Assembly (NCBI GenBank): GCA_951406725.2
Contig: OX597840.1
Span: 28,148,001 to 28,212,000 of the forward strand
Length of the DNA stretch: 64,000 nucleotides
Reading direction: 5' to 3'
From: Octopus vulgaris
Taxonomy: Eukaryota
Shown: one piece after another, positions 1-14,256 of the stretch
Layout of the letters: every line of letters begins with the position of its first letter
Numbering within the stretch: the stretch's first letter is position 1
Notes under the pieces: model-generated
Seen by the model: the letters and a program-made list of their open reading frames with translations, nothing else
Told to the model about the DNA's origin: nothing
The model's database searches: none
Program-made: the position numbers and the translations under genes

Positions 1-13
1 CAAGTTAATATTT

Positions 14-315
14 TGTTTGTTTGTTTCTTCTCGTGCCATGCCTGGATCATAAGGACCATTTTCCCGGTTTCCTTGGCGTATAGGTTCTCCACCTAGACGG
101 GACGCCGGTCCGTCGCAGGTGAACTGCAAGATGCAGGAGGAAAGAGTGAGAGAAAGTTGTGGCGAAGGAGTCAGCAGAAGTTCGCCATTACCTTCTGCCG
201 GATCCACGTGGGGCTTAGATGTTTCGTTCATAAAGACACACATCGTCCGGTCTGAGATTCAAACCCGCGATCCCTCGACCGCGAGTCCGCTGCTCTAACC
301 ACTAGGCCATGTGCC
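14..315 (-). mobile_element. tRNA-derived SINE (octopus OR-type head, tail X)
   Basis: Minus strand reads GGCACATGGCCTAGTGGTTAGAGCAGCGGACTCGCGG...GGGTTTGAATCTC (Pol III A/B boxes, tRNA-like). Head and body are shared with 14898-15282, and the tail with 48913-49137. Ends in (AAAC)n. Confidence 0.85.
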
Positions 316-748
316 GCAATATTGTGGACAAGTTAATATTGTGGAAGCATGTTAATATTTCGTCAGAGATGAACTGAAAGAAAAAAGTATTCTTTCCTGG
401 AACAGTGGACCTCGAAGGATATAAAGCTATAAATTATAATATGTAATTATTGAATTTAGAAATACTGGATACAAAAAAAACGTAGATGTGGGTTCGAGAC
501 CTAGAGGCAGCCTTCGACTTTTTCTGTCCACAAGGGTTTCACATGCCATCATTTACATTTAATTATTTTTGGCCTTATGTGTTTCGAGATCCACTGTTAC
601 AAAAAAGTAAATATTTCACATTTTCTCCAAAGTTTATAAATTCATATGACACCCCAGGCTGAGGCCAGTATTTCTTCGTATGTGTACGTGCCCGCGCGTG
701 TGTGTACGTTTGTGTGTGTGTGTGTGTGTGAGCCTGTGTGTGTGTGTT

Positions 749-790
<42 letters not shown>

Positions 791-905
791 ATCTTATAAA
801 CACTTAAATATTAAAATGAAAAAATTATCAGAAAAGCTGTTTCCTGTTTCCATTCAATTTTTTAAAACATGTAACACTGTACCCAGGGCTTTCTATTTTT
901 TATTC

Positions 906-921
906 TACAACAACAACAACA

Positions 922-983
<62 letters not shown>

Positions 984-1002
984 TACACACAAACACACAG
1001 AC

Positions 1003-1036
<34 letters not shown>

Positions 1037-1440
1037 GATGATGGTGATGATGATGATGATGACGACGACGACGATGATGATGATGATGATGATAATGATG
1101 ATGACGATGATGATGAAGATGATGACGACGATGACGATGGTGATGATGATGATGATGATGATGATGAAGATGATGACGATGATGATGACGATGATGACGA
1201 CGACGACGATGAGGATGATGATGATGAAGATGATGACGATGATGACGATGACGATGGTGATGATGATGATGATGACGATGATATGACGATATATAGAGAC
1301 GAGATAGATATATACATGTACATGTTGATATATATATATACATATATATATGTATATATATATATATGATACATACATACATACATGATGATACATACAT
1401 ACATACATACATACATACATACATACATACATACATACAT
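906..1440. repeat. compound microsatellite (CAA/CTA, TA, GAT/GAC, TACA)
   Basis: Directly visible tandem repeats that explain the overlapping low-complexity ORFs. Confidence 0.95.
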
Positions 1441-2170
1441 AGTATATTGAAGCTGGTGTTTTATCGAATATTCGTTTCTTGCTAGTCTCTTCAAGTCAAC
1501 CACATGACAACTACATCGCCTCCATGAAATGACTGTAAGCGGGCAAATAACCAAGGGAGGCAACTATATTAGATTGCCTTCACTGCGGGATATGTTATGT
1601 CCGCGTTTTAACAAGCGTCGCGTCTTTATTTATCAATTGCCGGCGAGAAGGAGAGAGAAACAGAAAGAGACCCCCGAGAGAAAGTGAGAGAGGAGACGCA
1701 ATAGGACCAGCGAAGATATCATCTTGACGACATGAGAAGAACCACTTCAACGCTTATTCATACAGTATTGCTCCTTCGTAAATTTAGAGCCGTTCATGCA
1801 ATATTTTTCACATTTGTTTGTCGTACCTCTCTATCTATATATACATATGTATTTGAGCCTCCTTCTCAAGCGATGAACTCTTTTACTCTCACACTTACAC
1901 CCCTTCGCCTCTTAAGTCCCCGTCTTTATCCTTTTTCCTTTTTTTGTTACTTTTTCATAATTTCTTCTTTTTTGTCACCTTCCTCTTCTACTTCTTCCAA
2001 TTTTTCTTCTTCATCTTCGTCATCAATATCTTATTTCATTTTATTGAGTTCACGCTGTGTTAACACTGTGTAACTGGACACACAAAGTGCCCCTTCTGGT
2101 GGGCTGAGGGCTGATTATTTTCAAATAGTCACCATGTACATATACATACACATATACATATGTATATGTA

Positions 2171-2274
<104 letters not shown>

Positions 2275-2724
2275 TGTATGTATATATAAGTGTTTGTTAA
2301 AACCGTTGTAGTAGAAGACGAGTGGTTTGTATTTCGTTTTCCGTTGTCTTCACTGGCGAGTTTATACCACTAACTTATCAGCGTCAGTTCCGTGAAAAAC
2401 TGTGTAAACTAAATTTCAGCTCAATTTAATCTGAAATGACAAAGCAAAATTGCTTGAGGCTCGTCACATGGCCAAGCCAAGCCGAGCCAAACCAAGCAAA
2501 GGAAAGGACAGCAAAGCAAAGCAAAGCTAAGCAAAGAGAAAGTGTGAAGTGGAGACGATGAGGAGGAGAACAAGAAGAAATATAAAAAAGATGAGATGTA
2601 ATATATATATATATATAAAAATATTTAAATACCAACAACTGTTAAATAAAAGCCAATATGGGTGTATACGGAAGCACATAAAAACATAATAAAAATATAT
2701 ATTCTTGGGAGCCCAATGAAAATT

Positions 2725-3103
2725 TATATATACATATGTATTTGAGCCTCCTTCTCAAGCGATGAACTCTTTTACTCTCACACTTACACCCCTTCGCCTC
2801 TTAAGTCCCCGTCTTTATCCTTTTTCCTTTTTTGTTAAGAGGAGCTATTTCAATAATTCCCACCTCTAGGGCTATATATAATCCACACATTTAATTTTTT
2901 TTCTTCTTTCTCTTTTCAATACAGTTTATTATTTTCGTTGTCGTTGTTGTTGTTGTTGCTGTTGTATATATATATATATTTTATGTATTTTTTTGGTTTG
3001 TTTGTTTTACACGTTTCTGATCGTTTTTCCTCCCTACTTTTTCAAATAGTCACCATGTACATATACATACACATATACATATGTATATGTATATATGTAT
3101 ATA

Positions 3104-3181
<78 letters not shown>

Positions 3182-3400
3182 TGTATGTATATATAAGTGT
3201 TTGTTAAAACCGTTGTAGTAGAAGACGAGTGGTTTGTATTTCGTTTTCCGTTGTCTTCGCTGGCGAGTTTATACGTCAGGAAACAGCGAACGCACTCTCT
3301 TGCAGTCACAACGACAAAAACAACCACAACAACAACAATAACAACAACAACAAGAACGGCCACGACAGTAGCATCAACAACAGATTCAGGACAGCAAAGC

Positions 3401-3402
<2 letters not shown>
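2725..3402 (+). repeat. mosaic local duplication made of alternating copies of left and right flanking DNA
   Basis: 2725-2837=1836-1949; 2838-3040=3750-3948; 3039-3274=2118-2367; 3277-3391=4173-4293; 3388-3402=2505-2519. Confidence 0.9.
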
Positions 3403-3486
<84 letters not shown>

Positions 3487-3547
3487 AAATAATAATAATA
3501 ATAACTAATAAATAATAATGCCAATGATGCTGATGTAATAATAACAC

Positions 3548-3640
<93 letters not shown>

Positions 3641-4294
3641 GCCATATTTACAACCGCCGGCTCAAAACTTACGTCATTCACTGAATAGCGTTTTCGTTGG
3701 CCTTTTCAGCATCCGGTTAAGATGTCATTTCCGGTTTGGTCTTGTTAGGAGAGGAGCTATTTCAATAATTCCCACCTCTAGGGCTATATATAATCCACAC
3801 ATTTAATTTTTTCTTCTTTCTCTTTTCAATACAGTTTATTATTGTCGTTGTCGTTGTTGTTGTTGTTGCTATTGTATATATATATTTTTTTTTTATGTGT
3901 TTTTTTGGTTTGTTTTACACGTTTCTGATCGTTTTTCCTCCCTACTTTATCTCAAACACTACTCTAACCACCCACCCACCACCACTACCACCACATATCT
4001 TTGTCCACATATTTTGCCGTTTCCATTCAGTTTTGCCTTCTATGCCTGGGTCTTCTCTTTAAGAAAAGAAGAGACGACAAATAGAAAAAAAGACAAAACT
4101 CAAAATAATTATCAGTCCGATTGCTGTTTGAATTGTAACCACTTGACTCGCGAACGGCGAGTGAAATAATGGCAGGAAACAGCGAACGCACTCTCTTGCA
4201 GTCACAACGACAAAAACAACCACAACAACAGCAACAATAACAACAACAACAACAAAAACGGCCACGACAGTAGCATCAACAACAGATTCAGGAG

Positions 4295-4310
4295 CAATAA
4301 TAATAATAAC

Positions 4311-4378
<68 letters not shown>

Positions 4379-4446
4379 TAATAGTAATAATAATGATAAT
4401 AATAATAATGATGATAACAATAATAATAATAATAATAATAATAATG

Positions 4447-4531
<85 letters not shown>

Positions 4532-4534
4532 CAA

Positions 4535-4580
<46 letters not shown>

Positions 4581-4648
4581 TATTATTATAATGATAATAA
4601 TAATGATAATAATAATAATAATAATAATTATAATAATGATAATAATAC
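4295..4648. repeat. (TAA)n microsatellite
   Basis: Direct repeat tract. Confidence 0.95.
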
Positions 4649-4649
4649 C

Positions 4650-4984
4650 TGGGGGAGCATCATAGCCATGTGTTGAGAGGGATTCTTTGGGGTTTGAATA
4701 ATTCACCTCTGGAAGCATGGGTGGTTCGTTCAACATCCTTAAACAACCCTTATTCAGGGACCTTTTGAGCGGGATGGGCTACTCAGCCTGAAGAAAATTC
4801 TAACTGGGCCCCACCTGCAAGGTCATGCGCTGTTTACCTTGATATGAGATCACCATGTCGCGCACATATGGTTGTGATGCATGTGCCCGGTGTTACCTTA
4901 TCAGACGGGTAGTCATGATGGGTATACTGGGTTTGTATATTTTACCCCAGTGTCACTTTGATGGCATGCACTGCTCTCTCACTC

Positions 4985-4985
<1 letters not shown>
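4650..4985 (+). mobile_element. 5'-truncated copy of ~555-bp non-coding (TAA)n-embedded interspersed element
   Basis: Closely matches 30646-30981. Ends CTCTCTCACTC followed by (AAT)n, with TAA repeats on both sides. Confidence 0.8.
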
Positions 4986-5052
<67 letters not shown>

Positions 5053-5337
5053 GAAGAAGAAGAAGTGTTAAGCATTTTGCCCGACGTTCTAACGATTCTA
5101 ACAACAACTGTCAAAAAAAAAAAAAAAAAAAAAAAAATAATAATAATAATAATGATAATAATAATAGTAATAATAATAATGATAACAACAACAACAACAA
5201 CAACAACAATTATTAGATAGCTGAAAAGAATGGATAGCATGGTAGCGTGGGCTGCTGGTGGCAAACCCGTTACGCATGTAAGACTCCAGGACCTCCAACA
5301 AAACCTCTGTTAGAGAGAAATAACAACAATAATAATA

Positions 5338-6145
5338 ATTTATTCTTTTATTACATACAAAACATTAAAAGACATGCAACAACTTAAAAGACAAAAGCAG
5401 GACGATGCAATGGGTTTTCGAATGTATACAAACTAATAATAAAAAAAGTGGAACAAATTAAACTCCCAGTTGGGGAGACGCTTTAAGGTCCTCGTGGAAA
5501 ACCCCACAAAAGCCGCGGGTGCCTGAACATCAGGGCAAGGGCCCTTCTCCTTTGATTCCCTTTTTACAGGTGCACCTGAGAATTAATCCTTTCACGCTGG
5601 TCATTCTCCCAACGTTCAACCATCTTTCAACAAACATGCTACAAGGCAACACCTCCCTCTCTCCATCCTCAGCTTCTTTTTCAAGTGAAACTTGAAAAAG
5701 TCGATGAGGGTTTGGCCAAAGAAGAAAGTGCCTGTCTTTAGCCCTTTCAAACGGATCCACCATAATACTTCTGTAGCTACAGCCAATTTACAAATAATAA
5801 TTGCCTGCCCCTCCCGGCCAAAGGAGGGCGGTGGAGCAATCCTCACAATGGATTCAGTAGATAGCCGGATTCGTCCCTCACGCAACAGCAGGTATTCGAC
5901 ATAAACCCACAGGTCAGCAATACACGGTTACTGGACTAGGGCGTGCAGAAACGGTTTCAGCAAGGGATTTCTGGAAGTTATCCATAGGCCCAGGCCCGAA
6001 AGCCTTCCGAAACAGACCGGTTTGTTGATCTTCATCAACGGCCAGATTTTCCACGAGATTTTCTACTAGCCCGCTATAGAATGCTAGAGTGGAACTACCA
6101 GCGACCACATTGCCCGCCTGGTTTTCAAGCGATGGTTTTCAAGGG
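5338..6145 (-). mobile_element. Tx1/L1-like non-LTR retrotransposon 3' fragment (pseudogenised)
   Basis: Frameshifted minus-strand peptides MDNFQKSLA/ETV..HALVQ..DLW and EVLWWIRLKGLKT..FFKFHLKKKLRMER resemble the Tx1/L1 ORF2 C-terminus. Followed by a T-rich 3' UTR with AATAAA. Confidence 0.65.
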
Positions 6146-6178
6146 AACAACTACATACACAAAGTCACACACAGACAA

Positions 6179-6209
<31 letters not shown>

Positions 6210-6212
<3 letters not shown>

Positions 6213-6435
6213 TACTCTTTACTCTTTTACTTGTTTCAGTCATTTGACTGCGGCCATGCTGGAGCACCGCCCTTAATCGAGCAACTCGACCCCGGGACTT
6301 ATTCTTTTGTAAGCCCAGTACTTATTCTATCGGTCTCTTTTGCCGAACCGCTAAGTAATGGGGACATAAACACACCAGCATCGGTTGTCAAGCAATGCTA
6401 GGGGGACAAACACAGACACACAACCACACACACGC

Positions 6436-6466
<31 letters not shown>

Positions 6467-6627
6467 CGACGGGCTTCTTTCAGGTTCCGTCTACCAAATC
6501 CACTCACAAGGCTTTGGTCGGCCCGAGGCTATAGTAGAAGACACTTGCCCAAAGTGCCACGCAGTGGGAATGAACCCGGAACCATGTGGTTGGTAAACAA
6601 GCTACTTACCACACAACCACTCCTGCG

Positions 6628-6630
<3 letters not shown>
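6210..6630 (-). mobile_element. CORE-type tRNA-derived SINE, full length, with internal TA/TG microsatellite
   Basis: A box TGGTTGTGTGG, B box GGTTCATTCC, CORE-like TTGGGCAAGTGTCTT, LINE-type tail GGCGGTGCTCCAGCATGGCCGCAGTCAAATGACTGAAAC and (GTAAAAGA)n end. About 10 copies in the window. Confidence 0.9.
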
Positions 6631-6664
<34 letters not shown>

Positions 6665-6669
<5 letters not shown>

Positions 6670-6806
6670 TACGACAGACTTCTTTCAGTCTCCGTCTACT
6701 AAGGCTATAGTGAAAGACATTCTGCCCAAGCTGCCACACAATGAAACTGAACCCGGAACCATATGGTTGGGTAGCAAGCTTCTTACCACACAACCACGCC
6801 TGCACC
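6665..6806 (-). mobile_element. diverged head fragment of the CORE-type SINE
   Basis: Aligns to 6470-6630 with an internal deletion. Confidence 0.75.
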
Positions 6807-6808
6807 TT

Positions 6809-6871
<63 letters not shown>

Positions 6872-7440
6872 CCATATATACATATATTTCTATCGTATGA
6901 ATGTATCCCTGTGTACGTATGTTTCCGACTGCGTATGCCTGTACAAACGAAAAATATCCCGTGTGTCCATTCCGCTCTCTGATTGGTTTATTGTTTGAAG
7001 AGTAACAATGGCCGACGCCCTACAGTGAACTAATACATATTCGAACGGGAGCCATGCTTGCGGCTATTTACCCATTCTTCTTACTGCTCCTTGTTCACAA
7101 TATTATCATATATTTCCATATATTGCTGAGTTAATGTCATCGTTATTATCTTTGTACAATACGCTAAGACCTTGGTTAAATATTTTGCTGATCCTAGGAC
7201 GTGGACCTAGGACTTATTTATCTATTTTAATGTAGAACTGATATGAACCTAGCACCAAGGGTCAGTGTGGGGTCAGAATGGAAAGGACGGTTGTTTCACG
7301 TGAAATTGCCCCTCCGTCCTTCTCTCCTTCGTCTCTATTTCTTTCTTTCTCTCTCTCACTCTTTCTTTCTCTCATTCTTCGTCACTCTTCCTACCTCCCT
7401 AAGTCTGAAGGCAATTTCTGTCACTGATTTCAACAAAAAA

Positions 7441-7634
7441 GGCGCCGAGCTGGAAGAATCGTTGGCACAACGGGATTCGCGGCATTTCGGTCGTCTTTAC
7501 GTTCTGGGTTCAAATTCCGCCAAGGGTTGACTTAGACTTTCATTCTTTCAGGGTCGATAAAATAAGTACTAGTTGAATACTGAGGGAAAATGTGATCGAC
7601 CCAAAATTGTTGGCCATGTGCCAAAATTTGAAAC
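7441..7634 (+). mobile_element. diverged tRNA-derived SINE with CTTTCATCCTTTCGGGGTCGAT central domain
   Basis: Homologous to the head and body of 21650-22420. Confidence 0.75.
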
Positions 7635-7689
7635 GATCATCATCATCATCATCATCATTATTATTATACGTCGCACAGTATACAATATC

Positions 7690-7990
7690 GTGAGGTTGTA
7701 GATTGAATTTATTGTGTCTTCCGGGTTTTTTTTTACTGTTTTTCAAGTCACAACAGACTTCTGCAATATGCGTGCAGTTCCAATGCCGACTTTTGCAAAA
7801 CATCTAGATTTTAGGGTATTTCTAAAGTTTTCAGATATTTCTTCAGATTCGGTGGTATTGAACCCAATGCTCCGATGATAATAGGGATAACCATTATGTC
7901 TGACTCTCATAGCTGCCATATTCTCAGGTTTCCATATTTATCAACCTTTACTCTTTCTTTCATGATGATAAGTTGATCTCCTAGTATTCA
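7690..7990 (-). mobile_element. R4/Dong-clade LINE 3' fragment (REL endonuclease), decayed
   Basis: Minus strand reads KVDKYGNL..VIPIIIGALGSIPPNLKKYL..LQKSA/GTARILQK with stops and frameshifts. Confidence 0.75.
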
Positions 7991-8064
7991 AATGGGTCTT
8001 ATTTTATCGACCCCGAAAGAATGAGGTCGACCTCAGAATGTAAAGACGATAACAATAATAATAA

Positions 8065-8463
8065 TCCTGTCTACTAATGGCACAAGGCCTGAAATTTTAG
8101 GGGAGGGTGATTAGTGGACTACATTGAACCCTCGTGTTTCACTGGTACTTAATTTATCGATTCAAAAAGGATGTAAGGCAAAGCCGACTAAGGCGGAATT
8201 TGAACTCAGAACGTAAAGACAAACGATATACCTATTTCTTTACTACCTACAGGGGGCTAAACACAGAGACGACAAACAAGGACAGACAAACGGATTAATT
8301 CGATTACATCAACCCCAGTGCGTAACTGGTACTTAATTTATCGACCCTGAAAGGATGAAAGGCAAAGTCGACCTCGGCGGAATTTGAACACAGAACGTAG
8401 CGGCAGACAAAATACCGCTAAGCATTTCGCCCGGCGTGCTAACGAGTCTGCCAGCTCGCCGCC
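8065..8463 (-). mobile_element. dimeric SINE array (head + 184-bp tail-A unit + tail-B unit)
   Basis: Head 8417-8463, unit 8233-8416, terminal unit 8065-8232. Flanked by TAA repeats. Confidence 0.85.
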
Positions 8464-8508
<45 letters not shown>

Positions 8509-9094
8509 GACCAGTATTGATAACTGCGTTCTATATTTATATATTCATTATTCATCTTCTTGTTGATTAGGCATTGCATTTCGTTTCATTTCATTTCATT
8601 CCGTTTTTGTTTTTGTTTTTGTTTCTTTTTTGTCTTACACTATCGCCCGGATATTCCTTTCAAATGCCCACAGATCTTTCAATGGTTTAACTGTGATTCT
8701 GTCATTGAGACAAGAATTACAGGAATATCCATATCCATATATATATATATACACAAAGGCATACTGAAACACACGCATGCACGCACACTTGGATTCTCGG
8801 AGAAAAGGTTAGCAAATAAGCATTATAGCCTCCGGCAATTTAACTTTGCTACAATATAAAATCGAGACATGAGCTCTTTTGACAGGCTTAAGATATTGTT
8901 CAGAACGTTGTGCTGTCTTCTAAAGCCGGATATCAGATTTGCAATGAAATCGGCGGGACACACAGACACAAATGGCACAGCTAAAAAATAAATGTTTTTA
9001 TTGAAATTGTATGGTTTCTTATGTGATTGTGGTCGCTTTTCTTTCAGTTAACTGTCGATGATTAGGCCGTATTCTCTTTGCTTCTGTTACGGGT

Positions 9095-9751
9095 TTGGTG
9101 TGTGTGTGTGTGTGTGTGTGTGTGTTAGAGAGAAAGAGTCTGTGTTTATGTGTGTATATATGTCTGAGTATGTATTTGTGTGTTTATGTGTCTCTGTGTG
9201 TGTCTGTGTATGTATTTGTGTGTGTTTATGTGTGTGCGTGTATCCGTGTATCTGTGTGTGCCTGTGTGTGTGTCTCTCTGTGTATTTGTGTGTCTATGTG
9301 TTTGTGTGTGTGTGTCTTTGTGCGTAGGTGTCCGTGTGTGTTTTTGTATGTATGTGCACGCGTGTGTGTGTGCGTATGTGCGCGCATGTGTGTGTTTGTG
9401 TGTGCGCTCATGTGTGTGTTTATATCTGTGTATGTATGTATGTGTGTGTTTTTGTGTGTGTGTACTAGTGTGTGTTTATGTGTGTGTGTGTATGTCTGTT
9501 TGTATGTCTGTGTATGTATTTGTGTGTGAGTGTGTTTATGTGTGTGTGCCTTTGTGCGTGTGTGCGTGCGTGCGCGCATGTGTGTATGAATGTGTGATTG
9601 TGTGTCTTCATGTGTGTGTGTCTGCGTGTGCCTGTGTGTGCGTCTCTCTCTGTGCATGTGTGTGTGTGTTTCCGTGTGTGTCTTTGTGCGTATGTGTCTA
9701 TATGTGCGTTTGTGCGTATACGCATGCGTGTGCGTGTGTGTGTGTGTGTCT

Positions 9752-9787
<36 letters not shown>

Positions 9788-9810
9788 CTTTGCGTCTGTG
9801 TCTGTGTGTT
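9095..9810. repeat. degenerate (TG)n tract
   Basis: Direct repeats. Confidence 0.95.
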
Positions 9811-10109
9811 GCTTTCTCCGTAACCGTGAATTCACAGTTTACGATTGTAACGCTTCTCTTCTTCCATAGAAAAATAACGAAAAAGAAAATACACAAAACA
9901 GACAACAGACAATAGAGAAGAACAGACAGTTAAGCAATGTGCAGTATTTACAGAGAGAAAGAGAGGCACAGAGAGAGAGAGAGCTCTGTATATGTATGTG
10001 TGTGTGTGTATGCATGTATGTTTATGCAAGGGAGTACTATAAAGTTCCTCAGTTTGAGTAAAAGAGAATACAGGAGGATCAGTTGATTATGACTGTGCTC
10101 AACGTATAT

Positions 10110-10346
10110 TCTCTTTTACTCTTTTACTCTTTTACTTGTTTCAGTCATTTGACTGCGGCCATGCTGGAGCACCGCCTTTAATCGAGCAACTCGACCCCGG
10201 GACTTATTCTTTTTGTAAGCCCAGTACTTATTCTATCGGTCTCTTTTTGCCGAATCACTAAGTTATGGGGACGCAAACACACCAGCATCGGTTGTCAAGC
10301 GATGTTGGGGGGGATGACAAACACAGACATACAGACATATACACAC

Positions 10347-10401
<55 letters not shown>

Positions 10402-10572
10402 TAAGACGGGCTTCTTTTCTTTTCCGTTTCCGTCTACCAAATCCACTCACAAGGCTTTGATCGGCCCGAGACTATAGTAAAAGATACTTGCCCAAGGTGC
10501 CACGCGGTGGGACTAAACACGAAACCATGTGGTTGCTAAGCAAGCTATTTGTCACACAGCCACTCCTGTACC
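10110..10572 (-). mobile_element. CORE-type SINE, full length
   Basis: Same architecture as 6210-6630. Confidence 0.9.
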
Positions 10573-10578
10573 TATCTA

Positions 10579-10698
<120 letters not shown>

Positions 10699-11080
10699 TA
10701 GAAATAAACTGACAGACAGATGGACAGATAGAAATTCAGAGGTAAAGTGACTGAGACAGTAAAACAGAGGGTGGAAAAGAGAGAGAGCGAGAGAGAAGGA
10801 GAGAGAGAGAAAAGGAGAGAGAGATAGAGAGAGAGCGAAAAGTGGTATGTTATGAGAAAGGCCAAGTGTTCGAGGAGAACATTTCTATTCGAAAGAGATT
10901 TCTAGGAGTGTGGGGGTGGAGAGAATATGTGTAAACAATAAAGGAAGAATATATGCATGGGGTGGAGGGGTGGAAGGTAATGAATGGGGAAATATGGGAA
11001 GGAGTCTACGAAATAGAGAGAGAGAGAGAGAGAGGGTAGAAAACAATGTAGAATATGGAAGATGGAGATATGAAAAATAC

Positions 11081-11153
<73 letters not shown>

Positions 11154-11240
11154 GCATGTTTGTATATTCTAAGTGTGTGAATAAATGTACGTACATTCAT
11201 ATACATATATATGTGTGTTTATATACAGGAATATATATAC

Positions 11241-11368
<128 letters not shown>

Positions 11369-11419
11369 ATACATACATACATACATACATAATATGTCTT
11401 CTTTACATATATATATATA

Positions 11420-11888
11420 AGCCCAGTATACCCATCATGATTACCCGTCTGATAAGGGTACACCAGGCAGATGCATCACAATCGTATGTGCGCGACATGG
11501 TGATCACATATCAAGATAAACAGCGCATGACCTTGCAGGTGAGGCCCAGTTAGAATTCTCTTCTGGTCGAGTAACCCATCCCGCTCAAAAGGTCCCTGAA
11601 TAAGGGTTGTTTAAGGATGTTGAACGAACCACCCATGTTTCCAGAGGTGAATTATTCAAACCCCAAAGAATCCCTCTCAACACATGGCTATGATGCTCCC
11701 CCACTACTTCTGCTTGTGATCAGAGATGCACATATCGTCAGCCACGAAGGGACATGCTCAACTGGCTAAGGTCAAACAACTGAGAAGCAAATCTGTGGTG
11801 TTGAGCAGAATATTTGCTGTTGCCCATCTTTTATACCAAGACAAAAAAATGCACATGATAACACTTCCAATCAGTTAAGATCAGGGCA
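11420..11888 (-). mobile_element. copy of ~555-bp (TAA)n-embedded non-coding element
   Basis: Reverse complement matches 30427-30930. Starts at the same TGCCCTGAT 5' end next to a (TAA)n tract. Confidence 0.8.
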
Positions 11889-11924
<36 letters not shown>

Positions 11925-11947
11925 CATTATTATTATTATGATTATTA

Positions 11948-11981
<34 letters not shown>

Positions 11982-11989
11982 CATTATTA

Positions 11990-12023
<34 letters not shown>

Positions 12024-12148
12024 CATTATTATTATTATTATTATCATTATTATCATTATTATTATTATTATTATTATTATCATTATTATTATTATCATTA
12101 TCATTATTATTATTATTCTTATTATTATCATTATTATTATCATTATTA

Positions 12149-12240
<92 letters not shown>
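11889..12240. repeat. (TTA)n microsatellite
   Basis: Direct repeats. Confidence 0.95.
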
Positions 12241-12242
<2 letters not shown>

Positions 12243-12644
12243 AATGGTGTTGATGTACCTGACTTAATCCATCCCGTAAAATGGTTACCCTTGAGACAGA
12301 ATTTGGGACCATTATTATAAAGTATCTGCACATACATACTCACGCATACACACATGTATATATAAAACTAGGCAGACACTTTCATCCACAAATGCATGTA
12401 TACACACTCACATATCTGCATACGCACATAAATGTGTGTATGCAAGAGCACGTGTGTGTGTGTGTGTGTGAGTGATAAGCGTTCACTTAGAGACATTTTC
12501 CTGTTTGGTATTCCGTGTTTTGCGCTTCCTATATCGTTCTAGTCACTTCCGGTTCTTTGGAAAGATTTGGGCCAAAGTGGATATGGGTGGGGCCGAACAG
12601 AGAGAGCGACACAAAGACAAAGAGTGACCGAGAAAGAGAGTGAC

Positions 12645-13195
12645 AGAGAGAGAGAGGGAGAGAATGAAAGAGAGAGAGAGGGAGAGAATGAAAGAGAGAG
12701 AGGGAGAGAATGAAAGCGAGAGAGAGGGAGAGAATGAAAGAGAGAGAGAGGGAGAGAGTGAAAGAGAGAGAGGGAGAGAATGAAAGAGAGAGAGAGGGAT
12801 AGAATGAAAGAGAGAGAGAGGGAGAGAATGAAAGAGAGAGAGAGGGAGATAATGAAAGAGAGAGAGGGAGAGAATGACAGAGATAGAGAGGGAGAGAATG
12901 AAAGAGAGAGTGAGGGAGAGAATGAAAGAGAGAGAGGGAGAGAATGAAAGAGAGAGAGAGGGTTATAATGAAAGAGAGAGAGAGGGAGAGAATGAAAGAG
13001 AGAGTGAGGGAGAGAATGAAAGACAGACAGGGAGAGAATGATAGAGAGAGAGGGAGAGAATGAAAGAGAGAGTGAGGGAGAGAATGAAAGACAGACAGGG
13101 AGAGAATGATAGAGAGAGAGGGAGAGAATGAAAGAGAGAGAGAGGGAGAGAATGGAAGAGAGAGAGAGGGAGAGAAAGAGAGAGAGAGAGGGAGA
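12645..13195. repeat. purine-rich minisatellite, ~20-24-bp unit GGGAGAGAATGAAAGAGAGAGA
   Basis: More than 20 tandem units with higher-order variants (ACAGAC, GTGAG). Confidence 0.9.
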
Positions 13196-14048
13196 GAGCA
13201 AAGAGACGGAGAGACAAACAGGAATTGGTAGCGACAAGAGTGAGGGAGAGAAAGAGGTGGTAATTGTTGAGGTGTCACGTTTTGGTAAGTGTTACACTGT
13301 GGTAGGTATAATGTAGAGATAAGGGGTTCGATCCTGACCCAGAATTAAAATTCAATTTCAACGTTATTTGGACAATATTCTGAATTCTTACGAATTTCAT
13401 TCTTCCTTTATGTTGCTTTTTTGCTGTTTTTTTTTTGTTTTTTATTATATTTTCTTGTTTTTGTTCCATATCCATCTCGTAATTTTTGTTTCTATAAACT
13501 TCTTTCATTTTTTTCCCGTTCTTTTCCCACTTCTTCCATCTCTTCCCCATAAATAAACACACTCATTATAGACACGTCTCTGAATATATGCATCAGTATA
13601 TTTATATATTCACATTCATCCACACATTTATAAATATGTGTATAATATACATACACATACATACTTACATACATTCATACATACATACATACATACGAAC
13701 ACACACATATACACACACACACATATATATATATATATATGTATGTATATAGAATAGTGGTACAAGAATGCTCCAAGATATATATATATATAACAATTAT
13801 ATACTATTTATTTATTATTTTGTACTTTACTTAATTATTGGTATATGTTTTATAGTATATTTCATTTTTTTCTATATGGTATAATTTAATTATATCATTG
13901 TTATTTCATTATTGAATTGCTACTTGGTGGTTCTTCTCTAATATATATATACATATATATATATATACATACATATATATATATATAATATGTACATAGA
14001 GAGAGGAGGAAGAGGAAGAGAGAGAGAGTTAGATAGATATACACACAT

Positions 14049-14084
<36 letters not shown>

Positions 14085-14181
14085 CATATACATATATACA
14101 CGCACGTACATATATATATAGAGAGAGAGTGAGAGAGAGAGTGTGTGTATGAGAGAGAAAGAAAGAGAGAGACATATATAC

Positions 14182-14256
<75 letters not shown>

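Noticed and set aside
816-1563. Overlapping long ORFs (poly-Y/M/S/H/I)
   Set aside because: Translations of microsatellites open in several frames and on both strands, with no domain content.
12529-13278. Ser/Leu-rich repeat ORFs
   Set aside because: Stop-free pyrimidine strand of a GA-rich minisatellite.
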